DNA from: Naegleria gruberi
Taxonomy: Eukaryota
DNA length: 64,000 nt
Strand: one strand, 5' to 3'
NCBI GenBank assembly: GCA_000004985.1
Contig: GG738913.1
Within the stretch, counting starts at the first letter, position 1. Every line of letters begins with the position of its first letter. Below, one piece after another: positions 42,547 to 54,615 of this stretch. A program made the position numbers and the translations under genes. The notes below the pieces were generated by a model. The model searched no databases, had not been told where the DNA came from, and was given only the letters and a program-made list of their open reading frames with translations.

Positions 42547-45368
42547 TTATTCATATCTCTTAATTTCCAGAGATTCAGTATTATATTGTTTAGTTTTGCT
42601 TTTGCCACCACTTTTACTTGCTGATGATGAAGATGGTGGTGGTGTGAATTTATCGTACTCAATGAAACACTTCTCATTCCTGTAAATCTCAATAATCTTC
42701 TTCCAATGTTCATCAATACTCAATAACTCTGCATTGCCTACAATAACCATGAGTGATATGGCTCTGGAAATGGCCACGTTCAATCTCTTTGGATTTTGTA
42801 GGAAACCAAGCTTGAATTTGGAATCTTGTTCCAATCCTTCAGTGCTACTCGATCTGACAGTTGTCAAAAGGATGACTCTTCTTTCTTGACCTTGGAATTG
42901 TTCAGTAGTTCCAACAAAGATTTTTTTGTACAATGGATTGGTGGATTTTCTCAACAATTTTTTGATTTCTTCTGCTTGTTTTCTGTATGGAGTAATGATG
43001 CCAATTTCATGTTCAGGATTATATTGGTTGTGTTTGCTGTTGAAAACCAATCCAGACTTTACGATTTCATCCAATTTATCCATTAAAACTTGAATTTCTT
43101 TGGAATTATACCATGAAGGTGAGTCATTATCACGTTTCTCATCACCCTTAACGTGGTAAAACAACATTGGAACTTGTGGATTCTCCAAAATTGGATTGTT
43201 AATGAAGAGATTTGCTGAATTAATATCAGTACATGATGAAATTAAGGAATTATTATAAAATACAGAGCTATAGACTTGCATTATTTTAGGGTGAGCTCTG
43301 TATGATTGTTGTAATTGAGTAATAGAACAGCAATTATCTCCTAACTTGACTAAATGTTCCAAGAGGGATTCGCCCAATCCATATTCAACAGCAAGAGGAG
43401 ATCTTACAATTGGTCCAAGTTGTTTTGGATCACCTGCCAACACAACAACTGTATTGTCACCTTTCAAAGAGAATGGTATTAATGCTTCTGGAATAACAGA
43501 TTCACCAGATTCATCAATAATAATATGAGAAAAGTGTCCTGGCTTAACTCCCTTACTGTACAAATAACCAGATGAAGTGCATGTTGAAATAATTACATCA
43601 TATTTGGCGATTTCATGTAATTCTGGAATTTCAAAACCTTGATCAAGTTTGTTTGAGAATTTAATAATCCACCTCTTTGTGAATGTATTTGGATCTCTTT
43701 GAACACTATTCATTCTCATCATTTTCACTAATGGATTCAAGTTACTATCGACCAGTCTTTCCACAATAATATCAGCTGCTTGATTGGAAGGAGCACATAT
43801 GAGAATCTTGTGATTTGGATCTTGTTTCATAATTTCCAAGATACATTGAGATACTACGAATGTTTTACCTGTTCCAGGAGGTCCAAAAACTATTTTGATA
43901 TTAGTAAGAATCTAGCACCAGAAAATACATTCCTGAAATAAGGAGAGTCACACATTGAGAGAGCTCTATGCATCAACTTGATTGGAGTTCTTGAGAATCT
44001 GAAACTGATATCAACCTTTTCATACTTTTCTACATTTTCATGGAATGAAACAACTACATGATCTAAATTGACATAATGAATGAAACCTTTGAAAAGAACA
44101 GTTCTTGCCTTTGTTTCGTGATGAGGTCTACATAAAATCAAATCTCCTCTCAATACGGATGGTCTCTTTTCAGCAAGACCTGCACAATAGACTTTGTACA
44201 ATCTAGAATTAGGAGCATGTCTGTATCTTTCCTCATAGCTTTCCAATTTAATTCCTGACAAGTCGTATTGCTTAATGTCATAAATCATTTGGGCCTCTTC
44301 AACATGTAATAATGTTCCTAATAAATTATGAGTGTATGTGTACATGTCATTAGTAGAAACATGTTCATTTGGTTCCTGTTGAGTAACCTTTGTTCCTTGT
44401 TTCAATTCACCAGACAATTCATTCTTGAGTTGAGCATTCATTGCATGTTTTTCCAATATTTTCTTATTATCCAAAACATTCTTAATCTTATCAGGAAGTT
44501 CATAAGCTTCCAATGGTTTTTGGAATTTCATTCCATCCCCCAAAGGTCTCTTTCCAGATTTGACATTATTAAATCTCCAAACATGTCTATATTTTCTCTT
44601 CTTCAAATTTGGTAATTTGTAAATTCTGTCTGGATCATAATGAAGAGTGAAAATCTTCTTTACAGAACCACCCTCAAGAGTTTCCTTTTCAAGGGTCTGA
44701 TAGAAAAATAAAGTGGGATGTAAAATTTGATAAACCAACATTTGAGGACTCAATTGTGAATAATTCAACTTGAATCTTTTGTGAACCATTTTGAGAAGTT
44801 TCTTGGTATCCATCTTTCTTGGCACATCCAAAGTAGATGTGACAAAATGAATAATATCTCTCTTTCTATTCTCATCCAAAAGGAGACCATTCATACTTGT
44901 GCCATTATTATTATTATTATTATTATTGGACACAGATGGTGGTGGAGTTGATTCTGATTGTTGTGGAGTTGCTTGTTTCTTTGCTCTTTTCCTACGATTT
45001 GAATTTTTAGATGTTGTTTTACCTGTTGTGGTGGTGCCTGCAGAAGTCTGCTTGTGAGCAACATTTGATGATGCAGATGCATGTTGCACAACAACATTCA
45101 ATGCAGCTTTGAATGTTGTTGATGCATTAGCATTCACCATGCTCTTCTTAATATCGGCCTTCTTTTTACGAGTGCGCTTTGGCTGTGGAGGAGCCGTGTT
45201 GGCTAAATTTAAAGTAGTATCAGCCACCACTACATGTTGGTGATGGTCATCTGAAATAGTTGAAGTGTTATTTGCTGGTTTTCTTGTGCGTCTTGTTCTT
45301 CTTGTGCCTGCTTGTTGTGGGTAGTTGTTGTTTGGTGTTGGGTTGGGAGGTGGAATGGTGGTGGACAT
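42547..45368 (-). CDS. MOV10/Armitage-like superfamily-1 RNA helicase with an N-terminal K/R/T-rich low-complexity region. A frame discontinuity lies at 43840-43895.
   Basis: The upstream ORF carries SFRFSRTPIKLMHRALS, a MOV10-like pre-helicase region. The downstream frame carries IVFGPPGTGKT (Walker A), ILICAPSNQAADII, IIIDESGE, VLAGDPKQLGP, TTEQFQGQERRVIL and the VAISRA motif. Confidence 0.7.
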
Positions 45369-45613
45369 TTTTTTGGATTTGATTGGCGAAATGTTTCGAG
45401 AGTTATTTGTTTATGATTCTCTTGAATTCCCAACCTTTACCAAAATGGAAATCGCTATAAATAAATAGATTGGGAATAGTTTAAATTCAATAGAATGTAT
45501 AGCTTGAATCTTTGAGATTGCCATTATTTCTGGATCTTGTTTTAATGAAATGATCATGATTTTCATTTCTAGCGAATGAGGAAATTTTTTGAATGAAAAC
45601 GAAACATCTCGAA

Positions 45614-47206
45614 TCAACACGAGGATATGTGTTTCCAATTACTTTTGATTAATGTGTTGGAAAATGGCATAATAGATAGGATTCCATTAACATCAAATTC
45701 AAATCTGGTTTCTAATCTGTTGCTTGTAAGATCAATTCCAATATCAATAGTTGCAATTCCAATAAGCTCTCTAGATTCTGGTCTATCCCCTTCAAATATT
45801 TTAATTTGAAATGTTTTCCTTTCCATTATTGAATCTGAAATTAACAACTGAGACACCTTAATACATGGAATCGAAACCTCTGTAGGAAATATAGTTAACA
45901 TATTTCCTTCCATTTCACATGTAATTGGTCGACTGGTTGTGTCTATGATAAGGCATTCCTGTTCGAAACCTCCCAATATCCCTCCTTCAAATGCAACTCC
46001 AAATGCAACCTCGTATGGTAAAAGAGGTTTAGGATAGAGAGTTTTACCGAAATAGTTAGATATTAGCTCTTTTAGTTTTGGAATTTCACCTCCTCCACCA
46101 ACAAAAATCACATGATCAATCTCTTGCTTTGTAATTAATGATCTTGTGTGAACTCTTGTCACTAAATTCATGCATTTTCTAAAAAACTCAATATTCAATT
46201 CTTCAAAAAGTGATCTACTTATTGTAATCTCAAAATCATTTCCATCCATAAGAGATTCAAGACTGATTTTTGTTTCTAATTCATTCGAAAGTCTCTTCTT
46301 TGCTTCTTCACATGCCAAATTCAGTCTCCTCATTGAAATTGGATTTTCTTGTAAATGTTTTTTGAATGATTTGTAAAATTGTTCACAACAATAATTAACC
46401 AGACTTTCGTCCAATAATGATCCTCCAACATTAGAGAATCCTTCACTCGTTCTAGTCTCAAAAATGTCACTTTCTACAATCATTATCGATGCAGAACATC
46501 CACTCCTTCCCAAGTCAAATAGGAAAACCCTCCTCTCTCCATGTTCCTTCCAAAGATATTGGAAACAAGATGCAGAGGTGTCATGTATGAATCTTGCAAT
46601 TTTTAGGCCAGCATACTCGCCAGCTTTTTTCATTATAATTCTCTGACAATTCGAATAATAATTTGGAATTGACACAATAATCTCTGTAACTAAAGTATTC
46701 AAATATCTTTCAGCATCTTGCTTCAATTCTTTCAAAATCAATCCAATCATTTCAGATATCGATAATTCACCATTAATAACACCCAATCGAATAGTTCCAT
46801 CCTCCTTTCGAATAATTTTGAATGGCCATCTCCTCTCTTGTGAACTAAACTCATCGTCATCATGAAATGTTTTTCCAATTAATTTTTTAAAATCCCAGAA
46901 ACAACAATGAGGATTCACTAAACTATATTCTAAAGCCTCTTGTCCAATTAATATTTTACTTTCCGATACTGATGATGATGATGATTCATCTAGAAAGGCC
47001 AAACAAGTTGGAGTTTCGTATTTACCGAATTTATTGGGAATATATTCAATGTGATCTTTAATGTAAACGGCAGCCCTACAGTGTGATCCTCCAAAATCAA
47101 TTCCAACAATTCCATTTTGCAATTTTTTCATTTTTTTCTCACTTGTTTCTGTTTGGTTATGATCATTACAATGCCACTTTTGTCCTATTGTGTTTTGCTG
47201 CCACAA
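45614..47206 (-). CDS. Divergent Hsp70-family (actin-fold ATPase) protein with no canonical substrate-binding domain.
   Basis: IVGIDFGGSHCRAAV is the phosphate-1 equivalent of IGIDLGTT. FDLGRSGCSASI is present, as is FVGGGGEIPKLKELISNYFG (connect 2). The probable start is MKKLQNG, about 75 nt inside the ORF. Confidence 0.6.
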   Translation of the reverse strand: MWQQNTIGQKWHCNDHNQTETSEKKMKKLQNGIVGIDFGGSHCRAAVYIKDHIEYIPNKFGKYETPTCLAFLDESSSSSVSESKILIGQEALEYSLVNPHCCFWDFKKLIGKTFHDDDEFSSQERRWPFKIIRKEDGTIRLGVINGELSISEMIGLILKELKQDAERYLNTLVTEIIVSIPNYYSNCQRIIMKKAGEYAGLKIARFIHDTSASCFQYLWKEHGERRVFLFDLGRSGCSASIMIVESDIFETRTSEGFSNVGGSLLDESLVNYCCEQFYKSFKKHLQENPISMRRLNLACEEAKKRLSNELETKISLESLMDGNDFEITISRSLFEELNIEFFRKCMNLVTRVHTRSLITKQEIDHVIFVGGGGEIPKLKELISNYFGKTLYPKPLLPYEVAFGVAFEGGILGGFEQECLIIDTTSRPITCEMEGNMLTIFPTEVSIPCIKVSQLLISDSIMERKTFQIKIFEGDRPESRELIGIATIDIGIDLTSNRLETRFEFDVNGILSIMPFSNTLIKSNWKHISSC

Positions 47207-47519
47207 TGTTGTTACACTGCTTTACCAAGCTTACATTTCCACTTCAACTCAAACTTCCCGCCTTTTTTACAACTTTGAAAAAAACAAAATTGGTCGTTAA
47301 AAGGTCCAGATGAACACGCGGAAAAAGAGGAGGAAATAGAGTCGGCTGTTGATTCATGAATGAATTAAAAATACAGCATCAGAGAGGAAGAAAGGAGGAA
47401 GAAATGAGACAAAGAAAAGCGAGTGTGTATAACAGTTGTGGATTGCATAAATAGCGAACACATTGTCTGAACTGACAATAACAAAAAATTGAAAACAATC
47501 AAAACAATCATCTCTTAAC

Positions 47520-48422
47520 ATGTCATCCACCAAAGTTCTCGTTGTAGGTGCCACTGGTCGTTTAGGATCTTTGATTACCTCTGCCTTATTAAACAAACCA
47601 ACAGTTCAAGTTTCTGCATTGATCAGAAAGGGAAGCGAAACTAAAGCTGAACAATTGAAAGAAAAGGGAGTTCAATTGATTAGTGGAGCATTGAATGATT
47701 CTGTCGAGGATTTACAACAAGCATGTCAAAATGTTGATGTTATTATTAGTGCTGTTATTGGTTCTGAAGACACCATTATGGATGGTCAACTAAGATTGTT
47801 GGAAGCTGCCAAGAAGGCTGGTGTTAAACGTTTCATTCCTTCTGATTATTCTGCTGATTATTTAAGAGCTTCCATTGGTGATCATGACCACTTTGATATG
47901 AGAAAGCAAGTTGCTGAACAAGTGAAACAGTCAGGAATTGGTTACACTATCTTTTTGAATGGAGTTTTCATGGAAACATTCTTTGGACCATTCTTGAACA
48001 TAATTGACACCAAGAATCACAAGATTACTTATTATGGATCTGCTGATACTCTTGTTGATACAACTACTTACGAAGATGCTGCCAAGTATGTTGTCGAGGC
48101 TGCTCTTGATCCAGAACAATTGAACAAGATTGTTTCTGTTTCTGGTGATCGTGTCTCCTATACTCAACTAGCTCAACAAATTGAACAAGTCACTGGACAT
48201 AAGATTACATTGGAAAGAAAAGGAAGTGTTGAGGATCTTAAGAAACTCATTGAAACTACCAAGAATACCACTCATAACGTTTGGGCCTACATTGGAATGC
48301 AATATCAATACGCTCTTCACAGTGGAATTTGTGAGTTGAAGAATATTCAAAATAGCAAGTATCCAAATGTTCACCCAACTTCTATCAAGCAATGGCTTGA
48401 AAAGAATAAGAACATTTTTTAA
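47520..48422 (+). CDS. NmrA-like / isoflavone-reductase-like NAD(P)-binding protein (atypical SDR).
   Basis: N-terminal Rossmann motif VLVVGATGRLGSLITSALL, followed by FIPSDYSAD. Confidence 0.7.
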   Translation: MSSTKVLVVGATGRLGSLITSALLNKPTVQVSALIRKGSETKAEQLKEKGVQLISGALNDSVEDLQQACQNVDVIISAVIGSEDTIMDGQLRLLEAAKKAGVKRFIPSDYSADYLRASIGDHDHFDMRKQVAEQVKQSGIGYTIFLNGVFMETFFGPFLNIIDTKNHKITYYGSADTLVDTTTYEDAAKYVVEAALDPEQLNKIVSVSGDRVSYTQLAQQIEQVTGHKITLERKGSVEDLKKLIETTKNTTHNVWAYIGMQYQYALHSGICELKNIQNSKYPNVHPTSIKQWLEKNKNIF

Positions 48423-49054
48423 AGTGTTGAATAGTTCTTGTTAGAATCAGACTTAACTCTATGGGAAACCTGCCGTAACAATGGTCTCATTCAATTAATA
48501 AACTTGTAAATTTTTTCTCGTGGTTATTATTATTATAATATTGAAGAATCTGATGGTTCATTCTCTCTCTTCAAATCAGCATGTTTACTGATGAGGAAGA
48601 AATCAAATTGAGTCGGAGCAGCTTAATAATTTATTCTTAATGCTCCAACTGTTTGAAGTACCACAGAACAGATGAGCTTATACTTCATTAGTTGAATTTT
48701 CTTAGGTCCTTTATCATTAAGGAACAACATGATTATCCACTGATTGAAAGATTGCCACAATTATACGGCGTTGTATTGATTAAATTTCCTTCTGGTATTG
48801 CGGCGTTGCTGGAAGTTTTTGCTCATCCTTTCTATTCCTTGAATTAAGACTTAATCGAGCGGTTTCTTGGGAGGTCTATTTTTCAGTACATATCTCTCCA
48901 ACTTTGGAGATTGTCTTTCTTGATTTGAAATTTGTTATGACTAAACCCAAAGCAATTTCTATTGTTTTTACAGAAAGTTACATGGTTGCAATGAAAAATT
49001 CACTTATTAAGGCGACCTTTTAGGACCACAACTATTGAAAAAACAAACAACAAA

Positions 49055-50548
49055 ATGAGTCAACCTGAAGGACAGCAGAATGATGACGCTAAAAATCTCT
49101 TCAATTTAGGAACCAAGTATGAGAGGGAGGGAGATTATGTCAAGGCAATGGAATGGTATTTGAAAGCTGCTGAAAAAGGCCATGCTGCTGCACATTATAA
49201 TATTGCAGGATTTTACCATGAGGGGATGGGTGTTAAACAAGATTATTCGAAAGCCATGGAATGGAACTTGAAAGCTGCTGAAAAGGGTGATAAATTTGCA
49301 TTGTTTAATATTGGATACATGTATTCGAATGGAGAAGGGGTTAAAAAAAATTATGCCAAGGCAATGGAATGGTATTTAAAAGCTGATGAACACAATAGTG
49401 CAGATGCACAACACAATATTGCCCAATTTTATTATTATGGACAAGGAGTTCAAAAAGATAATGCCAAAGCAATGGAATGGTATTTGAAATCGGCTGGAAA
49501 TGGAACTTCAGGTGTCAGCTCAGCTGCCAAATATAATATTGGATCCATGTATGCTAATGGAGAAGGAGTTCCCTGTGACATGTCAAAAGCTTTTAGATGG
49601 TTTTCTACGGCTGCTAAAGAAGGACATGCAGGTGCACAATGTGCTCTTGAATATTTATTAGACAACTTTGAAGATCTTGATGATGAGGATGAAGAGGAAT
49701 TCGGTATGGAAAACATTTTGGAATTAGCTCGTCAAGGAGATGCCAATGCTCAATACGAAGTGGCAGATTTATTTCTCAATGGTATGCAGAGTGAATATCA
49801 AGCACTGGAATGGTATCTTAAAGCAGCTAAACAAGATCATGCACCAGCTCAATACGAAGTTGGAAACTGTTATTTCTTTGGACGTGGCACTAGCAAAGAT
49901 CTCTCTTCTGCTCTTGAATGGTTTTTAAAATCTGCAGATCAAGAATATCCTAAAGCACTTTTAATGATGGGTTATTTGTTTGAAAATGGAGTTGAGGTTG
50001 AAAAGAACTTTGAAAAGGCGTTGGAATACTATAAGAAAGCAGCCGAAAAGGGGGATAATCAAGTAAAGTTTACCCTCGCCTTAATGTATTCAGAGGGTAA
50101 GGGAACAACTGCAAGTATGATGGATTCACTTAAATGGCTACTTGATTCGTATAAGGAAAGCATGTTAAGCAAAAGTGTTGTTCAATTTTTACAATATTTC
50201 AACTTGGTAACCGTAAGTGGAATTGAGAATAGAAAGGATAAGAAATTCATTACTCAACTTTACGATGATTTTATTTCAAAATCAATTTGTGATGTGTGTG
50301 AAGAAGATTGTGAGGGTTTTTATTATGCAACTGGTAGTGACAGAAATTCTTTTGATGTTTGTCAAAAGTGTTGGAAAAAGACTAAAATATTGAAAGAGTT
50401 TAAGGATGAAATTGGAGACAGAAAATTTAAGGAAACTCATTACCTTGCACATTTCCTTCCGCTGATTATGTTTTGTAAGGAAAAAGAAGGAGTTTCTAAT
50501 AAGCAGTTGGACACAATTATTGCAGAATTGAAAAAATGTGTAATGTAA
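49055..50548 (+). CDS. Sel1/HCP-repeat protein with a C-terminal ZZ-type zinc-finger-like Cys cluster.
   Basis: At least nine repeats of KAMEWYLKAAEKG.A.AQYN[IL]. The C-terminus carries CDVCEEDCEGFYYATGSDRNSFDVCQKCW. Confidence 0.65.
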   Translation: MSQPEGQQNDDAKNLFNLGTKYEREGDYVKAMEWYLKAAEKGHAAAHYNIAGFYHEGMGVKQDYSKAMEWNLKAAEKGDKFALFNIGYMYSNGEGVKKNYAKAMEWYLKADEHNSADAQHNIAQFYYYGQGVQKDNAKAMEWYLKSAGNGTSGVSSAAKYNIGSMYANGEGVPCDMSKAFRWFSTAAKEGHAGAQCALEYLLDNFEDLDDEDEEEFGMENILELARQGDANAQYEVADLFLNGMQSEYQALEWYLKAAKQDHAPAQYEVGNCYFFGRGTSKDLSSALEWFLKSADQEYPKALLMMGYLFENGVEVEKNFEKALEYYKKAAEKGDNQVKFTLALMYSEGKGTTASMMDSLKWLLDSYKESMLSKSVVQFLQYFNLVTVSGIENRKDKKFITQLYDDFISKSICDVCEEDCEGFYYATGSDRNSFDVCQKCWKKTKILKEFKDEIGDRKFKETHYLAHFLPLIMFCKEKEGVSNKQLDTIIAELKKCVM

Positions 50549-50597
50549 CTTCACTGATTTGTAGCAACCTTTCATCTGAATGATTACAATAAAGATT

Positions 50598-52934
50598 TAA
50601 TATTTAATATTAAATACAATGATTAACAATGTAATGCTGAATAAAAGAATGAATTTTGATTCGCTCAAATTTGATGCTTGTGAAATAATTGTTCCATTGC
50701 TGTCAGCTCTTGGAATGACACCTCCTGAAGAAGTTGCCACAATTGGCTTGGATGATTTACTTGGAGTAGGTTTCGTATAGGAATAGCTTGGTTGTGGTGT
50801 AGTAGAAGCTACTGGAATTGGAATACTTGGCTGAGGAGATGGTGGATGGAATCGAATTATTGGAAGAATTTGAGTTGATTACTTGATCTAATTTCACACC
50901 GATTTGATCAATTGGAATTTGAACTCCCAATAACAAACTCAAATAGCTTTCCAATACTGTGAAATTACCAGCAGCAAAATTTACAAAAATTGAATCAGTC
51001 ATTTCGGCTGTATTATTCGAATAGGTACTATACTTTTTGAAATTATTGAAAATTGAATTACTCGTCTTTCCAACAAACACATTAAATGTCACATTATTGC
51101 CTTTTGGAGTATTTGGTTCATCATTGAGTATATTTGGAAGTGTTGGATATGAGTCAATCCAAATCTTACTCGTGTTAAATGGAACTTTGAGGAGATTTGT
51201 GTTAATTTCAACAGTATTGGCCCAGGTCAACCCACGATCATCTGCATAAATGGCCTGTGTATTATTCACAAACACATTTCCAAACACAACATTGTCTCTT
51301 CCACCACCAATCAATAATCCTCTATAACAGTCAACCAGGATATTTCCATACATGGTTACTGAAGAGAACATGTCATCCAAGTAGATGCATGTAGCACCTA
51401 GATCACCCATTCCTTTAACATTGTAAATGTAATTATATCTGATGAGATTACCTCTCTGTGTCCAATCACGTCCTGAATAAATTGCTGAACTATCTTGAGA
51501 TGATTTACAGACATTGTGAATCTTATTGTAGGATAAATCATGATTGTTACCTCCCCACATGATGGCTACGTGGTCTCCATTGTAAATTTCATTGTTTCTA
51601 CATGTGATTCCTACGCCTTGGACTGAAATTGCTGGTCTATAAGTTTTGCCAATTCTGGAATAGTTAAAAATTGTATTTCCCATAACAAGTGCATTCCATG
51701 AAGTAAGTGTAGTTCTTGATCCAGCACTAATGCTCAAACCTCCTTGTCCTATTTCATAAAATGTGTTGTAATTAATTTTACAATAATCATCACAGTTTGT
51801 CATTGAAATTCCTCTATTACCAATATTGGAAAAAGTACAATGTGAAATCTCAATTGCTGTCAATGTATTAGCAACTAAACCAACCCCTCTACACATTTCA
51901 AACTTGAGATTTGAAAATAATTGTCCATTGGCCAATGAAACAATCAAATGTTCAGAAACTGAAATCATGACATCATCATTGGCAGTGATTTCTGAAGGAG
52001 GCCAAAAGAAAATGACATCATCCAATATAATATATTCACCTGGCATGTCTAATTCACTCAAAAAGTTGGCCACATAAATTCTCTGACCTTTCTGAATTCC
52101 AAGCGAAGGTTTAAATTGTAATTGAACTGTTCCATTCGAATAGAGTTTAGAAAGCGGTGCCAATTCATCTGCCCAATCATAATAAAAGTAGGAGAATACG
52201 AATGGATACTTTTCAAGTGGCCAATTCATTCTATTAGGAGAACCAGTGCTGTTCAATCTCACCATGTATTCTGCATCAGTTGACAAGATTTTCAAATATT
52301 GATCTTCCCCTTGAGGAGTCTTATTTGGATATCTGGCAACAGTTTGAACCTTTCCTCTGAAGAATAACTCATTCCCAGATGTTGTTCCACCAATGGAATA
52401 ACCTGCCCTCTTGAGTGCCACAATCTGAGAGGAGGAGAAACCAGCTTGTGTTAAATTTAACATTTTAACATGACCCCTACTTGATTGTGGAAGCATTGAA
52501 TACGAATCTTCATCATTAGAATCAAATGTTTTCCACAAGTAGGAAGGCAATGGCACTGCTCCTGAAAAGATTACCTCACCATTCTCTCTCCATGGTTTCC
52601 AATAGACTGGCGATGATCGATCATTAAATTTCGAAGGTTTCACAATCGATGTTGAAGCATTGAAAAAATAACGACCATCATCAATGTTCACATAAATTGT
52701 AACATTCTTGATGAGAGTTTGACTGAGTGAATTCTTATAGGTTTGAATCCATTGAGAAGCTTTGGCTATGGTTTGAAAAGGACTAGTTGTTGAATTTCCT
52801 GAATTTGAATCAGATCCTTCGTGTTGGGAAATGTACAAGTTGACTGTTAGTGATTGTTGGGTGTTAACGAATGTTAAACATGCCCAACACATGCAAAACA
52901 GAATGGTTAAAAGGTAGTTATTCCCAAGAATCAT
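50598..52934 (-). CDS. Secreted right-handed beta-helix (pectate-lyase-fold) protein. The S/T/P-rich linker and GPI-anchor signal are in an alternative frame; the +1 switch lies between about 50760 and 50880.
   Basis: Signal peptide (MILGNNYLLTILFCMCWACLTF). Parallel beta-helix repeats are present (NNEIYNGDHVAIMWGGNNHDLSYNKIHN...). The annotated ORF stops at 50757. The +1 frame continues PSPQPSIPIPVASTTPQPSYSYTKPTPSKSSKPIVATSSGGVIPRADSNGTIISQASNLSESKFILLFSITLLIIVF*. Confidence 0.6.
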
Positions 52935-53554
52935 TTTTTTTTGAGTTTGTTAAGAGAACGTCACTTGCCACAATGCTTTTTTGACACTTTTTAAAGTGTG
53001 TTTCCCCTCAAAGTGGAAGTGGTATTAAATAGTTAGTAATTGAGGTTGTGATGCGAAATCATATTGTTGTCTCTGGGTTTAGCACTCAAATGTCAACTTT
53101 CGAATAGCAATAGTCAAGTAACAACTTAACGAATCAGCAAAAATTTTGGTGAATTACACAAAAAGGGAAATATTTGCAATAAAAACTATCCATTGAATTG
53201 TAAGTTATTATACAATACCCATCTACAGCTTTTTTTCAATAACATTAAAGCAATACAGTGTTGATTTTATTTCCTCAACTCAATAAATAATATTCGAAAT
53301 GCTTGAATCTGAAAGACATTTTTTCGACTGGAAACTGGAAAAGTAGATGCAATTGTAATGCCTAGCCAATTAAAATTTATTTTGTAATCTCATGTACTTG
53401 AGTGAACCTATAAAAGTTTTAGTAGTAAAAAAAACAAGAAAAAAAAATAACAACAAACATGAAAAGAAAACTCGACCATGACCAGCACCACAGCAATAAC
53501 GCTAAAATAATCTAGACAATTCATAATCCACTCAATTTACTACGTATTGATGAT

Positions 53555-54580
53555 TTGCAAACAGCCTTTTCAGTATCATCATCCTCATCATTTGATGAAT
53601 TTTATGAACGATTAATCAAGAATATGAAATTCCGATCAGAACAAACAAAAACAATATTAAAATCAGTGATGACTCATGTAGTATTATTCATTGGAATGGA
53701 TGATGTGTTGAGTGGATCTGTGCTGATGGTTTGTAAAGAGTGGTATCATGAATTGATAAATAATGAATTTGTCTGGAATGTGCTGTATGACAGATTAATT
53801 GCCTCTAGCCTTGAATATGCCAAGTTTTGGCGTGAAGATCCTTCAAATCAAATAACAAATAATTATTATGATGTACGTTTGGGAAACAAGACTGATGTAA
53901 ATCCAAGAGAAAAGATTAAATGGTCAACTCCACAAAAGACTGATTATTCATGGCAATTTAAGAAAGCGTTTTGTCTTGCTAAATTTGCAAGTTATTCGAA
54001 ACATAGAACTCTAGGAACTATCAAAACGTTTTCATCATTGAATTATGATAGTGATGCCTTTTTATGCCTTAGAGATTTTGAGCCAAACTTGAATTCTGTA
54101 TTCCATATTACCTGGCAAAAAAAGAAAGATAGTAATTGCAATGATGACATTTTCTATGCTAGTGCCGGCTCACCAGACCTACACCAGCTGAGATCATTAA
54201 TGGAGTTTACATTGGATTACTTCAATATTGCCCGTCCACACCAGTCGTTTACAATGAAAGTTAAAATTGATCTTTTCAGAAATGAAAATGAAGAAGACAC
54301 CAGATACGTTTCACAAATTAGTGTTGAAACAATGGATGTTCTTAGATCTTTCAACTATTCTTCAGCATCAGCAAGTGATAGATTAGTTCTATTGCAATCT
54401 AATCTATTTGGAAAAGAACAATACACTAATACTGCGCCAATACTTAATCCTGAAAATATTGAAATATTTCGTACCGAGTGGCTAGGAGAGGAAGAAGGTA
54501 AATTCCCTTTTCAATGGTTCATATTTTCACTACGTATCCATCCATTATCAGATGCCGTTAATACACTTATTTACCAATAA
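53555..54580 (+). CDS. F-box-like domain protein. The likely start is the ATG at about 53624.
   Basis: VLMVCKEWYHELINNEFVWNVLYDRL is F-box-like. The rest is unrecognised. Confidence 0.45.
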   Translation: MQTAFSVSSSSSFDEFYERLIKNMKFRSEQTKTILKSVMTHVVLFIGMDDVLSGSVLMVCKEWYHELINNEFVWNVLYDRLIASSLEYAKFWREDPSNQITNNYYDVRLGNKTDVNPREKIKWSTPQKTDYSWQFKKAFCLAKFASYSKHRTLGTIKTFSSLNYDSDAFLCLRDFEPNLNSVFHITWQKKKDSNCNDDIFYASAGSPDLHQLRSLMEFTLDYFNIARPHQSFTMKVKIDLFRNENEEDTRYVSQISVETMDVLRSFNYSSASASDRLVLLQSNLFGKEQYTNTAPILNPENIEIFRTEWLGEEEGKFPFQWFIFSLRIHPLSDAVNTLIYQ

Positions 54581-54615
54581 ATAGTAGTAGATTCCAATAA
54601 AGTTTCAGCCAAGTT

